Positions 1 to 9,191 of a stretch of 64,000 nt of DNA are shown here, piece after piece. Every line of letters begins with the position of its first letter. Position 1 is the stretch's first letter. The notes below the pieces were generated by a model. The model did no database searches. It saw only the letters and a list, made by a program, of their open reading frames with translations, and was not told where the DNA came from. Made by a program: the position numbers and the translations under genes. Location of the stretch: positions 10,241 to 74,240 of the forward strand of contig DATGTE010000010.1 of NCBI GenBank assembly GCA_035301985.1, read 5' to 3'. Source of the DNA: Bacillota bacterium (GTDB lineage: Bacteria; Bacillota; Bacilli; Bacillales; Amphibacillaceae).

Positions 1-17
1 CGGAATATTCGGCTCAT
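1..17 (-). CDS. ftsH: FtsH membrane protease, first 5 codons only (gene runs off the left edge)
   Basis: ATG at 17..15 preceded by GGGAGGAGG SD. Encodes MSRIF, resembling the Bacillus FtsH N-terminus. Position downstream of hpt matches B. subtilis synteny. Confidence 0.4.
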
Positions 18-164
18 TGCTTACCTCCTCCCAAACGGGAAAAACTATTATACATAGTACCATAGTAAAAACTTATATGACAACTATTTTATCTTGCAAA
101 TATCAATTCATTTTCCATCGCATCCAAAAGTTTAATACGAATGGCAAATGTTATAAATCAATCT

Positions 165-707
165 TTACTTGCTATAAATTTCTGGTTTCAAAATCCCTAT
201 ATAAGGTAAGTTACGATATTTCTCATCGTAATCCAATCCATAACCAACGACAAACTCATCAGGCACTTCAAAGCCAACCATATCCGCCTTGATTTTAGCA
301 GTGCGTCCGGTAGGTTTATCAAGAAGCGTAACGATTTTAATCGAGCGCGCTTGTCGATATTTAAACAAATCAACTAGATAACTTAACGTTAATCCACTAT
401 CAATTATATCTTCAATGATCAATAAATCCCGACCTTCAACTTTTGTATCAAGATCCTTGACAATTTTCACTTCCCCTGTTGAACGAGTGCTTTTTCCACC
501 GTAACTGGACACATCCATAAAGTCCATTTCTAAATGAGTATGAACATGTTTTAGCAAATCAGACATAAAAGGCATCGCTCCTTTTAAGACACCGATCGCT
601 AATGGAAACTTCCCCTCATACTCTTTCGTTAATTGCTGGCCAAATTCTTGACACTTTTTTTTAATATCCTCTTCTGTAATAATTACTTTTTCAATATCGT
701 TATGCAC
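165..707 (-). CDS. hpt: Hypoxanthine-guanine phosphoribosyltransferase
   Basis: 180 aa with PRPP-binding motif [17 protein letters not shown] start with GGAGG SD 9 nt upstream. Follows tilS as in B. subtilis. Confidence 0.95.
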   Translation of the reverse strand: MHNDIEKVIITEEDIKKKCQEFGQQLTKEYEGKFPLAIGVLKGAMPFMSDLLKHVHTHLEMDFMDVSSYGGKSTRSTGEVKIVKDLDTKVEGRDLLIIEDIIDSGLTLSYLVDLFKYRQARSIKIVTLLDKPTGRTAKIKADMVGFEVPDEFVVGYGLDYDEKYRNLPYIGILKPEIYSK

Positions 708-723
708 ACACTGGAACCTCCCA

Positions 724-2133
724 TTACGTATTCCCTTTTTGATGATATTTCAATTGAATCCATGTCTCATTCTTCTCGCTCGTCTTTAGGTCTCTTTTCT
801 TCAATCCTACAAGCCATAAAATCTTTCCGTTATTGTCAGTGACAATCGGCCATGAATACCGTTTATGCGAGGGAATTTTTGCATCAATAAATATGTCTTT
901 TATTTTTTTGCTTCCATTCAAACCTTTCCACGTCATCCGATCTCCAGCTTGACGTGTTCGAATATGTAAAGGAAAAGAAACTTGTTCAACCGCACATACG
1001 TAAGTGTATCGACTATCAGCTCGTATGTCCATTTCATCCATGTATGTAGCTGAAATGATCGAGCCATCAGGCAGTTCCGTTTTTCCTGGAACGTCGATTG
1101 TCTTATGGAATGAAGGATCTTGAAGATAGCTACTTTCGAAGGATAGTATGATCTGTTCGTATGATCTTTTCACCTTCAAATCGCGAGGAAAATCGATTTG
1201 GACGTGACCAGCTTTACTTTCCAACAATCGAAAGAAATCATCCTCATGTATATAGGATAAGTTTTTTGGTAATTCATCATACAGATAGTTTAATATTAGA
1301 TGATAGGCTCGCCTTTGTAAAGCAGTTGGATAGGATTTAAAAGCAGCGATTTTAAATCGAACTGATTTGCCATCCTCATCCTTCTTAATAATCTTTGTCA
1401 CCATACGTTTTGCTTCGCTTTTCATAAACAGTTCATCATCATGTAATGTTTCACTCAAGCGCTGAATCGTCACATGTAAATTATGGTTTTTTCCTTTTAA
1501 AATAGGAACGACGTGTTTGCGAAAATAATTTCTCGTATAGTCCGTTTCTTCATTCGAAGGGTCAATTTTTGGTCGAATATCATGTTTACGACAGTAGGAT
1601 TCAAGGGTTTGTTTCGTAACACATAGCAATGGTCGGACAATCCAACCAGAGGCAAAGCGTCGCTTCACTGGGATACCTAAAAAACTGGCTGAATTAGCTG
1701 TTCGTGTAAAATGCATGATCATCGTTTCAATTTGATCGTCTCCATGGTGCCCCAATGCTAAATAATCAGCTTCATATTTTTCCATTTGCTCTCTAAAAAA
1801 TTGATAGCGCACTTCCCGTGCGGCAACCTGTGTACTAACTCGATGCTTTTTTTGATATGCTGGAACATTTAGGGATGTTCCAACGTATTCGATCTCCCAC
1901 TCATTACACATCTGTTTAACGTAGCGAAGGTCTTCTAACCCCTCCTTCCCACGTAATTGATGATTCATTGACAGAGCAATCACTCGCAAACCCCATCGCT
2001 TACGGATCGAATGATAAAAATGTAACAATGCCATGGAATCAGGCCCACCCGACACACCGATTAATACAGTTGCTTGGTGTTTTAATAAGCGATGCTTCCT
2101 CATAAATTCACCGACCACTTGCTCCATAATCAA
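724..2133 (-). CDS. tilS: tRNA(Ile)-lysidine synthase
   Basis: 469 aa with N-terminal PP-loop SGGPDS and a C-terminal TilS substrate domain. Synteny yabT-tilS-hpt. Confidence 0.95.
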   Translation of the reverse strand: MIMEQVVGEFMRKHRLLKHQATVLIGVSGGPDSMALLHFYHSIRKRWGLRVIALSMNHQLRGKEGLEDLRYVKQMCNEWEIEYVGTSLNVPAYQKKHRVSTQVAAREVRYQFFREQMEKYEADYLALGHHGDDQIETMIMHFTRTANSASFLGIPVKRRFASGWIVRPLLCVTKQTLESYCRKHDIRPKIDPSNEETDYTRNYFRKHVVPILKGKNHNLHVTIQRLSETLHDDELFMKSEAKRMVTKIIKKDEDGKSVRFKIAAFKSYPTALQRRAYHLILNYLYDELPKNLSYIHEDDFFRLLESKAGHVQIDFPRDLKVKRSYEQIILSFESSYLQDPSFHKTIDVPGKTELPDGSIISATYMDEMDIRADSRYTYVCAVEQVSFPLHIRTRQAGDRMTWKGLNGSKKIKDIFIDAKIPSHKRYSWPIVTDNNGKILWLVGLKKRDLKTSEKNETWIQLKYHQKGNT

Positions 2134-2194
2134 CCTTCCCGTCCCGCGATGATTGTTTCTATTTTATCACATATCCATAACTTTTGTCCGTTAC

Positions 2195-3112
2195 CTAAGG
2201 TAAAAATAAAGACGATAAATAATATATGAATGCAAGTATGAAAAGCCCGATTGATTCCACAATAAAAGGAGTGCGATTTTTCCGCTGCTCTTTCTTTTTA
2301 TTTTCGTTATGAATGACCGTTTCAATGTCTTGCTTCATTTGTGCACTTGATGCATATTTACCCATCAGCGCTTTCTTTAAACAGCTCTTATATAGTTTTA
2401 AAGAGGGTATATCATGGAGTCGCCTGGAAATGTGATACAAAACATCTTTCTTTCGTTCGAATGGCTTCGGGTCAAAAATACGTAAAAAAACCATTGCCAG
2501 GGAAAATAAATCATAACTTGCCTCAGCGCGTCTCGTTCCCAACCCCCAATAACCGCGGTCGTAAAATTCTGTATATTCTTTAACCGCACGCCCCATTTGT
2601 GTCGTCCCCCCGACATCAATCCAACGAATTCGAGGCGTGGGGGATGTGACGATTAAATTTTCCACTTTTAAATCACCGAACACCCAACCCGTTTCATGTA
2701 ATTTTTGTAAATCACCTAACAATTGCAACATAAATACACCGACCCATTCGTATCCACGTCTTTTCAGAAATGCGTTGATCGACTCTCCTTGTACATATTC
2801 CATCACATAAAAATAGTATGTTATACCTCGAGGACTGATCCAATCATCTGCGTCTAGTAAATCAGGCCCAAGACGTTTTTCTTGGACCTGATTGAGTCTT
2901 TTTAGAACATTGATTTCCGTAGTTATGGATGCCGTCTTGTCACTTATTTTCAAAGCAACTTCATGCCCATTACGAACACACAAATAAACAGTACCGATCG
3001 ATCCTTGGCCTAATTTTCGTTTGATGAAATAGCGATGCCCATTCCATTTTCCACGAATGTGCATGCCAGGATGTAATGGACCATCATACTTCTTCCATGC
3101 CTTCTTCATCAT
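2195..3112 (-). CDS. yabT: Hanks-type Ser/Thr protein kinase with C-terminal TM anchor (YabT)
   Basis: 305 aa with GQGSIGTVY glycine loop, VALK lysine, FGDLKVENL catalytic loop and a hydrophobic C-terminus. AAGGAGA SD. Overlaps yabS by 29 nt. Confidence 0.9.
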   Translation of the reverse strand: MMKKAWKKYDGPLHPGMHIRGKWNGHRYFIKRKLGQGSIGTVYLCVRNGHEVALKISDKTASITTEINVLKRLNQVQEKRLGPDLLDADDWISPRGITYYFYVMEYVQGESINAFLKRRGYEWVGVFMLQLLGDLQKLHETGWVFGDLKVENLIVTSPTPRIRWIDVGGTTQMGRAVKEYTEFYDRGYWGLGTRRAEASYDLFSLAMVFLRIFDPKPFERKKDVLYHISRRLHDIPSLKLYKSCLKKALMGKYASSAQMKQDIETVIHNENKKKEQRKNRTPFIVESIGLFILAFIYYLSSLFLP

Positions 3113-3818
3113 TTTTTCTAAATCTCCTTAACAAGTGTCTCTTACCAAATTGATACATTGCTCTCCGAATCGCTGGACCTGTAGGTGTGATCCCACCGCT
3201 CGTCAACCTTGGAAAAACAGTTGTCACTTCATCCAGTTGTGGAGACCAATCGAACACTCGTTCAATGTCCTTTCGTTTGCCAGGAAAACGATAGATTGAA
3301 AAGAGATTTCGCCCGATCCGTGCATTTAAGCTAATCGATAAATCAATCAAAGCTTCTTTAACCGTTTCTAGCTTATCATGCATACTTGCACTCGTATCCA
3401 CGAGAACGAGTACTTCTAGATCACACGTTTCACCTAAATCCTCAACGGTTTCCATAATTTCGCCACGTTTCTCAGGAGCCAAGTCGTCCATCGTTTGTGT
3501 TGAATCTAAAATTTGTCGTAATTCCTTATTAACAAAGCCTTGTAAAGTTTGCGTCATCGCCTGCTTTGTTACCATTTGTACAGTTTCAGTAAGAGATTGT
3601 TGGTAGACGAGCTGACTGATGCCTCCACCTGCCGAAGCGATTTCCTCCACTTCCTGTAAACCTTCTAACTCTTCATTTCGAGTTTCGTCTAAAATGCCAA
3701 TGACATTCACTGTAATCCCTTGTTCATAAGCTAAAGCCGCTGTGATGGCGGGGTCTTCTCCTTGATTTGAACATCCGTCTGTAATGAGCAATATTTGTTT
3801 TAACGTTCCTCTTTTCAT
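3084..3818 (-). CDS. yabS: vWA-domain protein YabS
   Basis: 244 aa with LLITDG (residues 10-15), MIDAS-like DTSAS (141-145) and GGITPTG. GGAGGTG SD. Lies between spoIIE and yabT as in B. subtilis. Confidence 0.88.
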   Translation of the reverse strand: MKRGTLKQILLITDGCSNQGEDPAITAALAYEQGITVNVIGILDETRNEELEGLQEVEEIASAGGGISQLVYQQSLTETVQMVTKQAMTQTLQGFVNKELRQILDSTQTMDDLAPEKRGEIMETVEDLGETCDLEVLVLVDTSASMHDKLETVKEALIDLSISLNARIGRNLFSIYRFPGKRKDIERVFDWSPQLDEVTTVFPRLTSGGITPTGPAIRRAMYQFGKRHLLRRFRKNDEEGMEEV

Positions 3819-3940
3819 GTATCGACACCTCCAATTTCCACTATCATTTTCGCCAAGAAGAATTGGAAGTATACATCATCTTCAGACGGATCGGCTCTAT
3901 AAAAGAACGAAATAGTTATGCATCCCACCTCATTTGACGA

Positions 3941-6391
3941 TTACAAAGCCACTTCCTCATAGATAGGAATCGAAGCCCACATCGGAGTATTTTTCTCAAT
4001 TTTAGCAACAAGTACCGTCATATCATCTTCAATGACTCCAGAACGAGTACGAATTACTTCTTCCAATAGTAAATCAGCTACTTCTTGTGGGTCCTCTGTT
4101 TCCATATTTAAAATCTTTCGTTTCATCCATAGATCGGTATTCTCTACATGACGCGGACCTTCAAATATTCCATCGCTCATCATAATCAACAAATCCCCAG
4201 ACTTCAGCTGATTAGTTACAATATCGACTTCAACGTCTTGAATAATTCCCATCGGCAAATTGCTCGCTTCCATCTTCAATAATTCATTCCCTCGTTTAAT
4301 AAAACTCGGTGATGAGCCAATTTTCAAAAAACGAACAAAAGCATTATGCAAATTGATAATTGCTAAATCTAAGGTCGCAAACATTTCATCAGTCGTTCGT
4401 AAAGACAAAATTGAATTGATTGACTTTATAGCAACTTGTTCGGGAATACCTGTTTGCAAAATTTGTTGTAAAAGCCTAAGTGTTTCCCTACTTTCTTCAC
4501 GAGCTCGGCTACCATTTCCCATCCCATCGCTAATCGCTAGTGCATATTTTCCTGCGCCGAGTTCAATCGTCGTATAACTGTCTCCAGAAATAACTCCGCC
4601 CCCTTTTGCCGCACTCGAAACAGCTGTCTCGACAACGAATTCTTTCGCAGAACCGAATGTGAAAAATGAATACCCGTTCGGAAGTGGAGAAACGTCTTCT
4701 TGTTTAACAACAATCATTTCATTCAAAATATTCGATAAAATGGGCGCAATCACCTTTGTACCCTCTCCGTGATAATCATAGAAAGAGACGGTCATTGCAA
4801 TTTCTACATTCCCCTTCTCTAAGCAATATATATCTATTTTTTCAATCTCAATTCCAATTTGTTGTAGCGCATACGTAATTTGTGCCTCTTGTCGGTCATG
4901 GTATTGGCGCTCTTTGACAATTTCTTGTGCAAAATCATCCATGACTTCAGAAACACCTTGCAACTGCTCAGCGACAAGCCGCTTCGACTCAAGCACTTGT
5001 TGTTTTAATTTTCGATTCGCTTCAAAGTAGGATAATTCCTCTTTCATCGTATCCATAACCTTTTTTGATTTCACACAGTAATTTTCAAATTGGCGAATGA
5101 GACGATTGCTCGGTTCATGACTCGTAGTAAAACCATCTTTGATGGATTCCATGAGTGAATAGGTTTTATCAAATTGCTCCTTCCAGCAACGGTCCTTCAT
5201 AAAGCACGTTTGGCACGTTTTCTCAGTCACTTGGCTTAAATAGTGATCCGTTTCTCGTTTCATTTCCATGTGTTCCTCGGGATACGCTTCAGTTGTTATG
5301 AAGCTCTTTGAAAGCGCTGCAAAAACATCCGAAAACTGTTCAACTCGCTTTGCTGTAACGTTGCGAACTTTTTGCAAATATTTTTCTTGCTGATTTGTAT
5401 ACTCTTTCGTTCCTGGAATATAACGGGAGATATTCTTAATCCACCTCGCTGGGGTTAGAAAGAAGAAAGAAATCGCTATAAATGACTCCATAAATGAAGG
5501 CATGAAAGCAGTAGCATCACCATATATGCCAACCAAAAATGTCCCTACAAACAAGCCAATCCCAACACCGAATTTTTTCCCCTCTTTGAGCAATCCACCT
5601 AGCAATCCTGAAAAGGCGAGTAGACTCATTTGGTAAAGCCCGGCGACATTGGCTAATGATAAAATCAAACCAGCAACGACACCAACCGTTGAGCCAACGG
5701 CAGCTCCACCTACAAATGCAAGCAATAATACAAGGTATCTTGAAAGGACTTGTTCAATAGCTATTCCATATATTTCCCAGCCAATCGTACCCGTCAAGAT
5801 CGAGGCGATCAAAATTATCATACAGACAATTTCTTCATTTTTTAAGGTAGGCGTATACTTTTTTAGTGATAATAAAGGAATGCTTTGCATAAAGATTAAT
5901 ACGAGAATGGCTCCTAGGACACCTTCAACAGATAAAAGCATCCATTCATAAGATGACAATTGACCCATTATTGAATATAAAAATAAACGCGGGGCTACTG
6001 TAGCGAAGAAGGCAAACAATGGAATCAGCACTCGGTGCTTGTCCACATGTTTAAAAAAACCGATCAAAAACATGAACACGGTCAAAGATAAAGTTATAAA
6101 CATACCGTGCATCATCGAAAAGCTGAGTGCTCCCACAACAATCGCCAGTAGAGTTTTCAGTGCTTGATTCCTATGGGTGAGCCAAATTGTCGCGACAAAT
6201 GCAATTGCAAAAGGTGAGACAGCGGACAATATAATCGCTCGTCCTAATAAAAATCCAGCGATGATAAAGAACCAACCTTGATCAATGAGAATATCTTTGA
6301 CCTTCATTGAAATTTTTCGCTTCATTTTCTCCCAATGACTTTGACTGATTTTCATTCCTTTAGCATTCAATCTTGGAATTGAACCCATCAT
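3941..6391 (-). CDS. spoIIE: Stage II sporulation protein E (polytopic membrane PP2C phosphatase)
   Basis: 816 aa with about 10 N-terminal TM helices and a C-terminal PP2C domain (ISDGMGNG, MMSDGIFE, EDDMTV). GAGGGAG SD. Confidence 0.95.
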   Translation of the reverse strand: MMGSIPRLNAKGMKISQSHWEKMKRKISMKVKDILIDQGWFFIIAGFLLGRAIILSAVSPFAIAFVATIWLTHRNQALKTLLAIVVGALSFSMMHGMFITLSLTVFMFLIGFFKHVDKHRVLIPLFAFFATVAPRLFLYSIMGQLSSYEWMLLSVEGVLGAILVLIFMQSIPLLSLKKYTPTLKNEEIVCMIILIASILTGTIGWEIYGIAIEQVLSRYLVLLLAFVGGAAVGSTVGVVAGLILSLANVAGLYQMSLLAFSGLLGGLLKEGKKFGVGIGLFVGTFLVGIYGDATAFMPSFMESFIAISFFFLTPARWIKNISRYIPGTKEYTNQQEKYLQKVRNVTAKRVEQFSDVFAALSKSFITTEAYPEEHMEMKRETDHYLSQVTEKTCQTCFMKDRCWKEQFDKTYSLMESIKDGFTTSHEPSNRLIRQFENYCVKSKKVMDTMKEELSYFEANRKLKQQVLESKRLVAEQLQGVSEVMDDFAQEIVKERQYHDRQEAQITYALQQIGIEIEKIDIYCLEKGNVEIAMTVSFYDYHGEGTKVIAPILSNILNEMIVVKQEDVSPLPNGYSFFTFGSAKEFVVETAVSSAAKGGGVISGDSYTTIELGAGKYALAISDGMGNGSRAREESRETLRLLQQILQTGIPEQVAIKSINSILSLRTTDEMFATLDLAIINLHNAFVRFLKIGSSPSFIKRGNELLKMEASNLPMGIIQDVEVDIVTNQLKSGDLLIMMSDGIFEGPRHVENTDLWMKRKILNMETEDPQEVADLLLEEVIRTRSGVIEDDMTVLVAKIEKNTPMWASIPIYEEVAL

Positions 6392-6416
6392 TTACATCAC
6401 TCCCTCTTTGAAAACT

Positions 6417-6481
6417 ATTAAAGCACAATGTTCCTATTTTTTTTGTCAAAACAAGAGAGACTCTTCAAAAATCGTTCGACG
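6417..6481 (-). promoter_or_regulatory. spoIIE promoter candidate: TTGACA, 21-nt spacer, TTTAAT, with an upstream 0A-like box CGTCGAA
   Basis: TTGACA at 6449..6444 and TTTAAT at 6422..6417, with a spacer of exactly 21 nt. GTCGAA at 6480..6475. A 21-bp spacer is the known peculiarity of the Spo0A-dependent B. subtilis spoIIE promoter. Confidence 0.5.
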
Positions 6482-6685
6482 CCTTTCAAGTTGGACAAGT
6501 TTCTTTCTACATCGCTTGCCATTTCCTGTTTGCTTCTGTCTATTTACAATGAATAAGCAATCAACCATCACTAACAAGCAAAACATTTGTAATCATGAAT
6601 ACCATAAATGACAAAAGAAACTGTTTTACGAAGTTTTTACAAGGGGGGATGTTCCAAAATGTTGTCAATGCATACGAAAAACGTC

Positions 6686-6714
6686 TTGACACAATCGACA
6701 ACTTCATGTAGAAT
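6686..6714 (+). promoter_or_regulatory. Sigma-A promoter of tRNA-Met
   Basis: TTGACA (6686-6691), 17 nt, TAGAAT (6709-6714). Lies 22 nt upstream of the tRNA 5' end. Confidence 0.75.
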
Positions 6715-6736
6715 TATTTTTGTTGGATTTTTTAAT

Positions 6737-6810
6737 GGCGGCGTAGCTCAGCTGGCGAGAGCGTACGGTTCATACCCGTGAGGTCGTGGGTTCGATCCCC
6801 TCCGCCGCTA
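6737..6810 (+). tRNA. tRNA-Met (anticodon CAT), elongator type, no encoded CCA
   Basis: Cloverleaf read by hand: acceptor GGCGGCG/CGCCGCT, D-arm GCTC..GAGC, anticodon loop TTCATAC, T-loop TTCGATC. No initiator signatures. One U50-U64 mismatch and a G1-U72 wobble. Confidence 0.88.
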
Positions 6811-6829
6811 TTCTATGAATAACTAAAAA

Positions 6830-6869
6830 GCGTGTCGGAAGATGATAATCTTCACGACACGCTTTTTTT
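6830..6869. terminator. Bidirectional intrinsic terminator after tRNA-Met
   Basis: GCGTGTCGGAAGAT..ATCTTCACGACACGC hairpin flanked by an A-run (6825-6829) and a T-run (6863-6869). Confidence 0.8.
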
Positions 6870-7003
6870 AATATCGCCTGTTTCAATATGAAACGATTCT
6901 AATCGTGAACCACTTATTTGAATATGAAAAAAGGTGTTTTTATTGGATACTTTCTGACCAAGAGATCGGTGGGATAACCATCCAATGCGCCTTGAAAATT
7001 GCC

Positions 7004-7050
7004 AATTAAAAACAGGTATCCTTTAAAAATGTTTGTAAAGATACCTGTTT
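7004..7050 (-). terminator. yabR terminator
   Basis: AACAGGTATC (7011-7020) pairs with GATACCTGTT (7040-7049). A T-run follows on the minus strand. Confidence 0.7.
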
Positions 7051-7126
7051 GATTTATTTATTAAATACGATGTGACATGGTCAATAATCAATAGAGCATT
7101 CCATTATAAACGATAGACAGCAAATG

Positions 7127-7507
7127 CTATCCCCTTTTAGCACCTCGACCTCCGCGTCTAGATTCCGTGTGCTTCTTTAAAGAGGCTAGACGATCTTCTG
7201 AATCTCTAAGAAAGCGATTCATTTTTGCTTCAAATGATTCATTTCGCTCCCTTTCTGATTTTTGGCGTCGGCGATCTTTTGCTTTTTTAATGGATAAACC
7301 GATTTTACCATCCTTTTCAACATTAATAACCTTTACTTTGACGGTTTCGCCAATACTTAAATAATCATTAATGTCTTTAACAAATTTATCGGCAACTTCA
7401 CTAATATGGACGAGTCCAGTAGTTCCTTCTTTCAGTTCTACAAACGCTCCAAAATTAGTAATTCCAGTTACCTTTCCTTCTAGCTTGCTGCCTACTTCGA
7501 TTGACAT
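7127..7507 (-). CDS. yabR: S1 RNA-binding domain protein YabR
   Basis: S1 motif GKVTGITNFGAFVEL. Trimmed to the ATG at 7507, which has an AAGGAGGAG SD. The ORF-track start at 7585 has no SD. Confidence 0.9.
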   Translation of the reverse strand: MSIEVGSKLEGKVTGITNFGAFVELKEGTTGLVHISEVADKFVKDINDYLSIGETVKVKVINVEKDGKIGLSIKKAKDRRRQKSERERNESFEAKMNRFLRDSEDRLASLKKHTESRRGGRGAKRG

Positions 7508-7581
7508 AAAAAAAATGCTCCTCCTTAGAATTTTTAAAAAACTACTCTCTACTATATTATAGCGAAGGTTATGAAACTGTG

Positions 7582-7965
7582 TCAATAAGAGGGGTCATTA
7601 TCCGGAATTTTGAAGATCAATTCCCCTTCTTTCGAGAAAAAGTAGTTTGTTCGCGCAATATCCAATATATATTCGTCATTATTTAACAGCTTAATTTCTT
7701 CCTTCAACTGATTTTCTTGTTTTTTTAATGCTGTCATTTGCTCTTCCAATTGCTCATATTGTTCTGCTTTCTCCGCGTAAAGAGAACGCTGTTTAATATG
7801 GTATGTAGCCATACTACCAATCACAATCATAACGATTAACGAAAACAAAACTAAACGACGAATGAGACGCTGTTTTTTCTTTTTTTGTCTCTCCATGTAC
7901 GTATCATACTGTTTCATATATGGTGAGTTCAATCTGGTAATGGATCGTTTCGATGGTTGTGACAC
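7582..7965 (-). CDS. divIC: Cell-division protein DivIC (FtsB/DivIC family)
   Basis: 127 aa with a basic N-terminus, single TM and coiled coil (QLEEQMTALKKQENQLKEEIKLL). Synteny yabQ-divIC-yabR. Confidence 0.9.
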   Translation of the reverse strand: MSQPSKRSITRLNSPYMKQYDTYMERQKKKKQRLIRRLVLFSLIVMIVIGSMATYHIKQRSLYAEKAEQYEQLEEQMTALKKQENQLKEEIKLLNNDEYILDIARTNYFFSKEGELIFKIPDNDPSY

Positions 7966-7969
7966 GTAG

Positions 7970-8569
7970 TTACCTCCTCATAAACATCATAAATTCCCGA
8001 CATCTAACGTATATATTCTCTATTGTACTATAAAATCCCTTTATTTTGCGAAGTTTAACTTGGATACACTTAGGTAACCATGAATAAACTTTCTTCAGCA
8101 CCCTTGTGAATGGAAACAGAATAATTTTTAAAACGATGCCAATAAACCAGACGATTACATGAATGCATAAAAACAAACATGTGATCACGAAGCGAAATAT
8201 ATAGATGATCGGCAGTACAATCATCACACGTACCAAATGAGCAATAAATCGATAAATCGCAGCGACAACCGATAATATACGTTCCAACAATTTCATATAC
8301 CATCTTTTCCCAACTAATTGATACGCACTAAACCCAAGTAAACAGGCTATAAAGACATAAGCCCGTAATTCACCGCCATTTACTAAAAACAATATATAAA
8401 ACAGTATGAAAGTCTGGATTAACCAAAAACAAACTTCCACAATCGTCGTCACGATAAAGTGACTTGTCCACGACCTTGTCAAACGCCTGAATGTATCTAA
8501 CATGATGCCCAGGTAAAACCCACCCGCAACCATAGACATCATCGTAAGAAACTGCACATTCAACGTCAT
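7970..8569 (-). CDS. yabQ: Spore cortex biosynthesis membrane protein YabQ
   Basis: 199 aa polytopic membrane protein. 4-nt overlap with yabP. Position is syntenic. Confidence 0.85.
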   Translation of the reverse strand: MTLNVQFLTMMSMVAGGFYLGIMLDTFRRLTRSWTSHFIVTTIVEVCFWLIQTFILFYILFLVNGGELRAYVFIACLLGFSAYQLVGKRWYMKLLERILSVVAAIYRFIAHLVRVMIVLPIIYIFRFVITCLFLCIHVIVWFIGIVLKIILFPFTRVLKKVYSWLPKCIQVKLRKIKGFYSTIENIYVRCREFMMFMRR

Positions 8570-8865
8570 CTGAAGAGCTTGCTAAAAAATCCTTTAGCCT
8601 TCTCCTGATGATGTTCATCGACATAGGAAACTTCATATATACGACCCTTAATGGAGACGATACCTTCACCGACATCTAAATTTTTCAATTGTAAATTTTG
8701 ACCCCGAACGATTAAATAGCCCATAACCGTTTCTAGCAAAAACTCTTCGTTATCAAAACTGTCGACTTCCCGAACACCTGTGATTTCCAGCAACTTACGG
8801 TTGTTAATTCGTAATTGGTGGTCCTTTTGCACTTGCTTTGAATGGTCTCTAGAATAGTAATCCAT
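8566..8865 (-). CDS. yabP: Sporulation protein YabP
   Basis: 99 aa. LEITGVREVDSFDNEEF..IKG matches the YabP family. Position is syntenic. Confidence 0.9.
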   Translation of the reverse strand: MDYYSRDHSKQVQKDHQLRINNRKLLEITGVREVDSFDNEEFLLETVMGYLIVRGQNLQLKNLDVGEGIVSIKGRIYEVSYVDEHHQEKAKGFFSKLFR

Positions 8866-8924
8866 ATACTTGTCCCCCTTATCATTATTACATTATGAGG
8901 AAATGGACAAGTATAGAACTTTTT

Positions 8925-9185
8925 TTAAGAATTAACTTTTTCTTCTTTCAAAACCTTATAAAGTGTTTTGGCATTGTCCTTTTTGACAACTTCATCTAAC
9001 GAAGTCACTTGTACGGTTACGAGCTTTTGCCCAAACTGGATGGCAATCTCATCTCCGACTGAAACGGTTGTACCTGGCTTGGCTTTATTTCCATTGACAG
9101 AAATCCGCCCTTGATCCGCTACCTCTTTTGCCAATGTTCGCCGCCTAATCAATCGTGAAACTTTTAAAAATTTATCTAATCGCAA
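8925..9185 (-). CDS. yabO: S4-domain RNA-binding protein YabO (Hsp15-like)
   Basis: 86 aa starting MRLDKFLKVSRLIKRRTLAKE, an S4 motif. Position is syntenic. Confidence 0.9.
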   Translation of the reverse strand: MRLDKFLKVSRLIRRRTLAKEVADQGRISVNGNKAKPGTTVSVGDEIAIQFGQKLVTVQVTSLDEVVKKDNAKTLYKVLKEEKVNS

Positions 9186-9191
9186 GTTGGA

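Noticed and set aside
7508-7585. N-terminal extensions in the ORF track for yabR, fin, ctc, sspF, veg, rnmV, yazA, yabB, holB, yaaK, tadA, csfB, nsrR, cwlC, proI, dacA, guaB, gyrA and the lipoprotein
   Set aside because: In each case an internal start has a proper SD at 5-10 nt and reproduces the N-terminus of the B. subtilis orthologue. The upstream start codons lack an SD.
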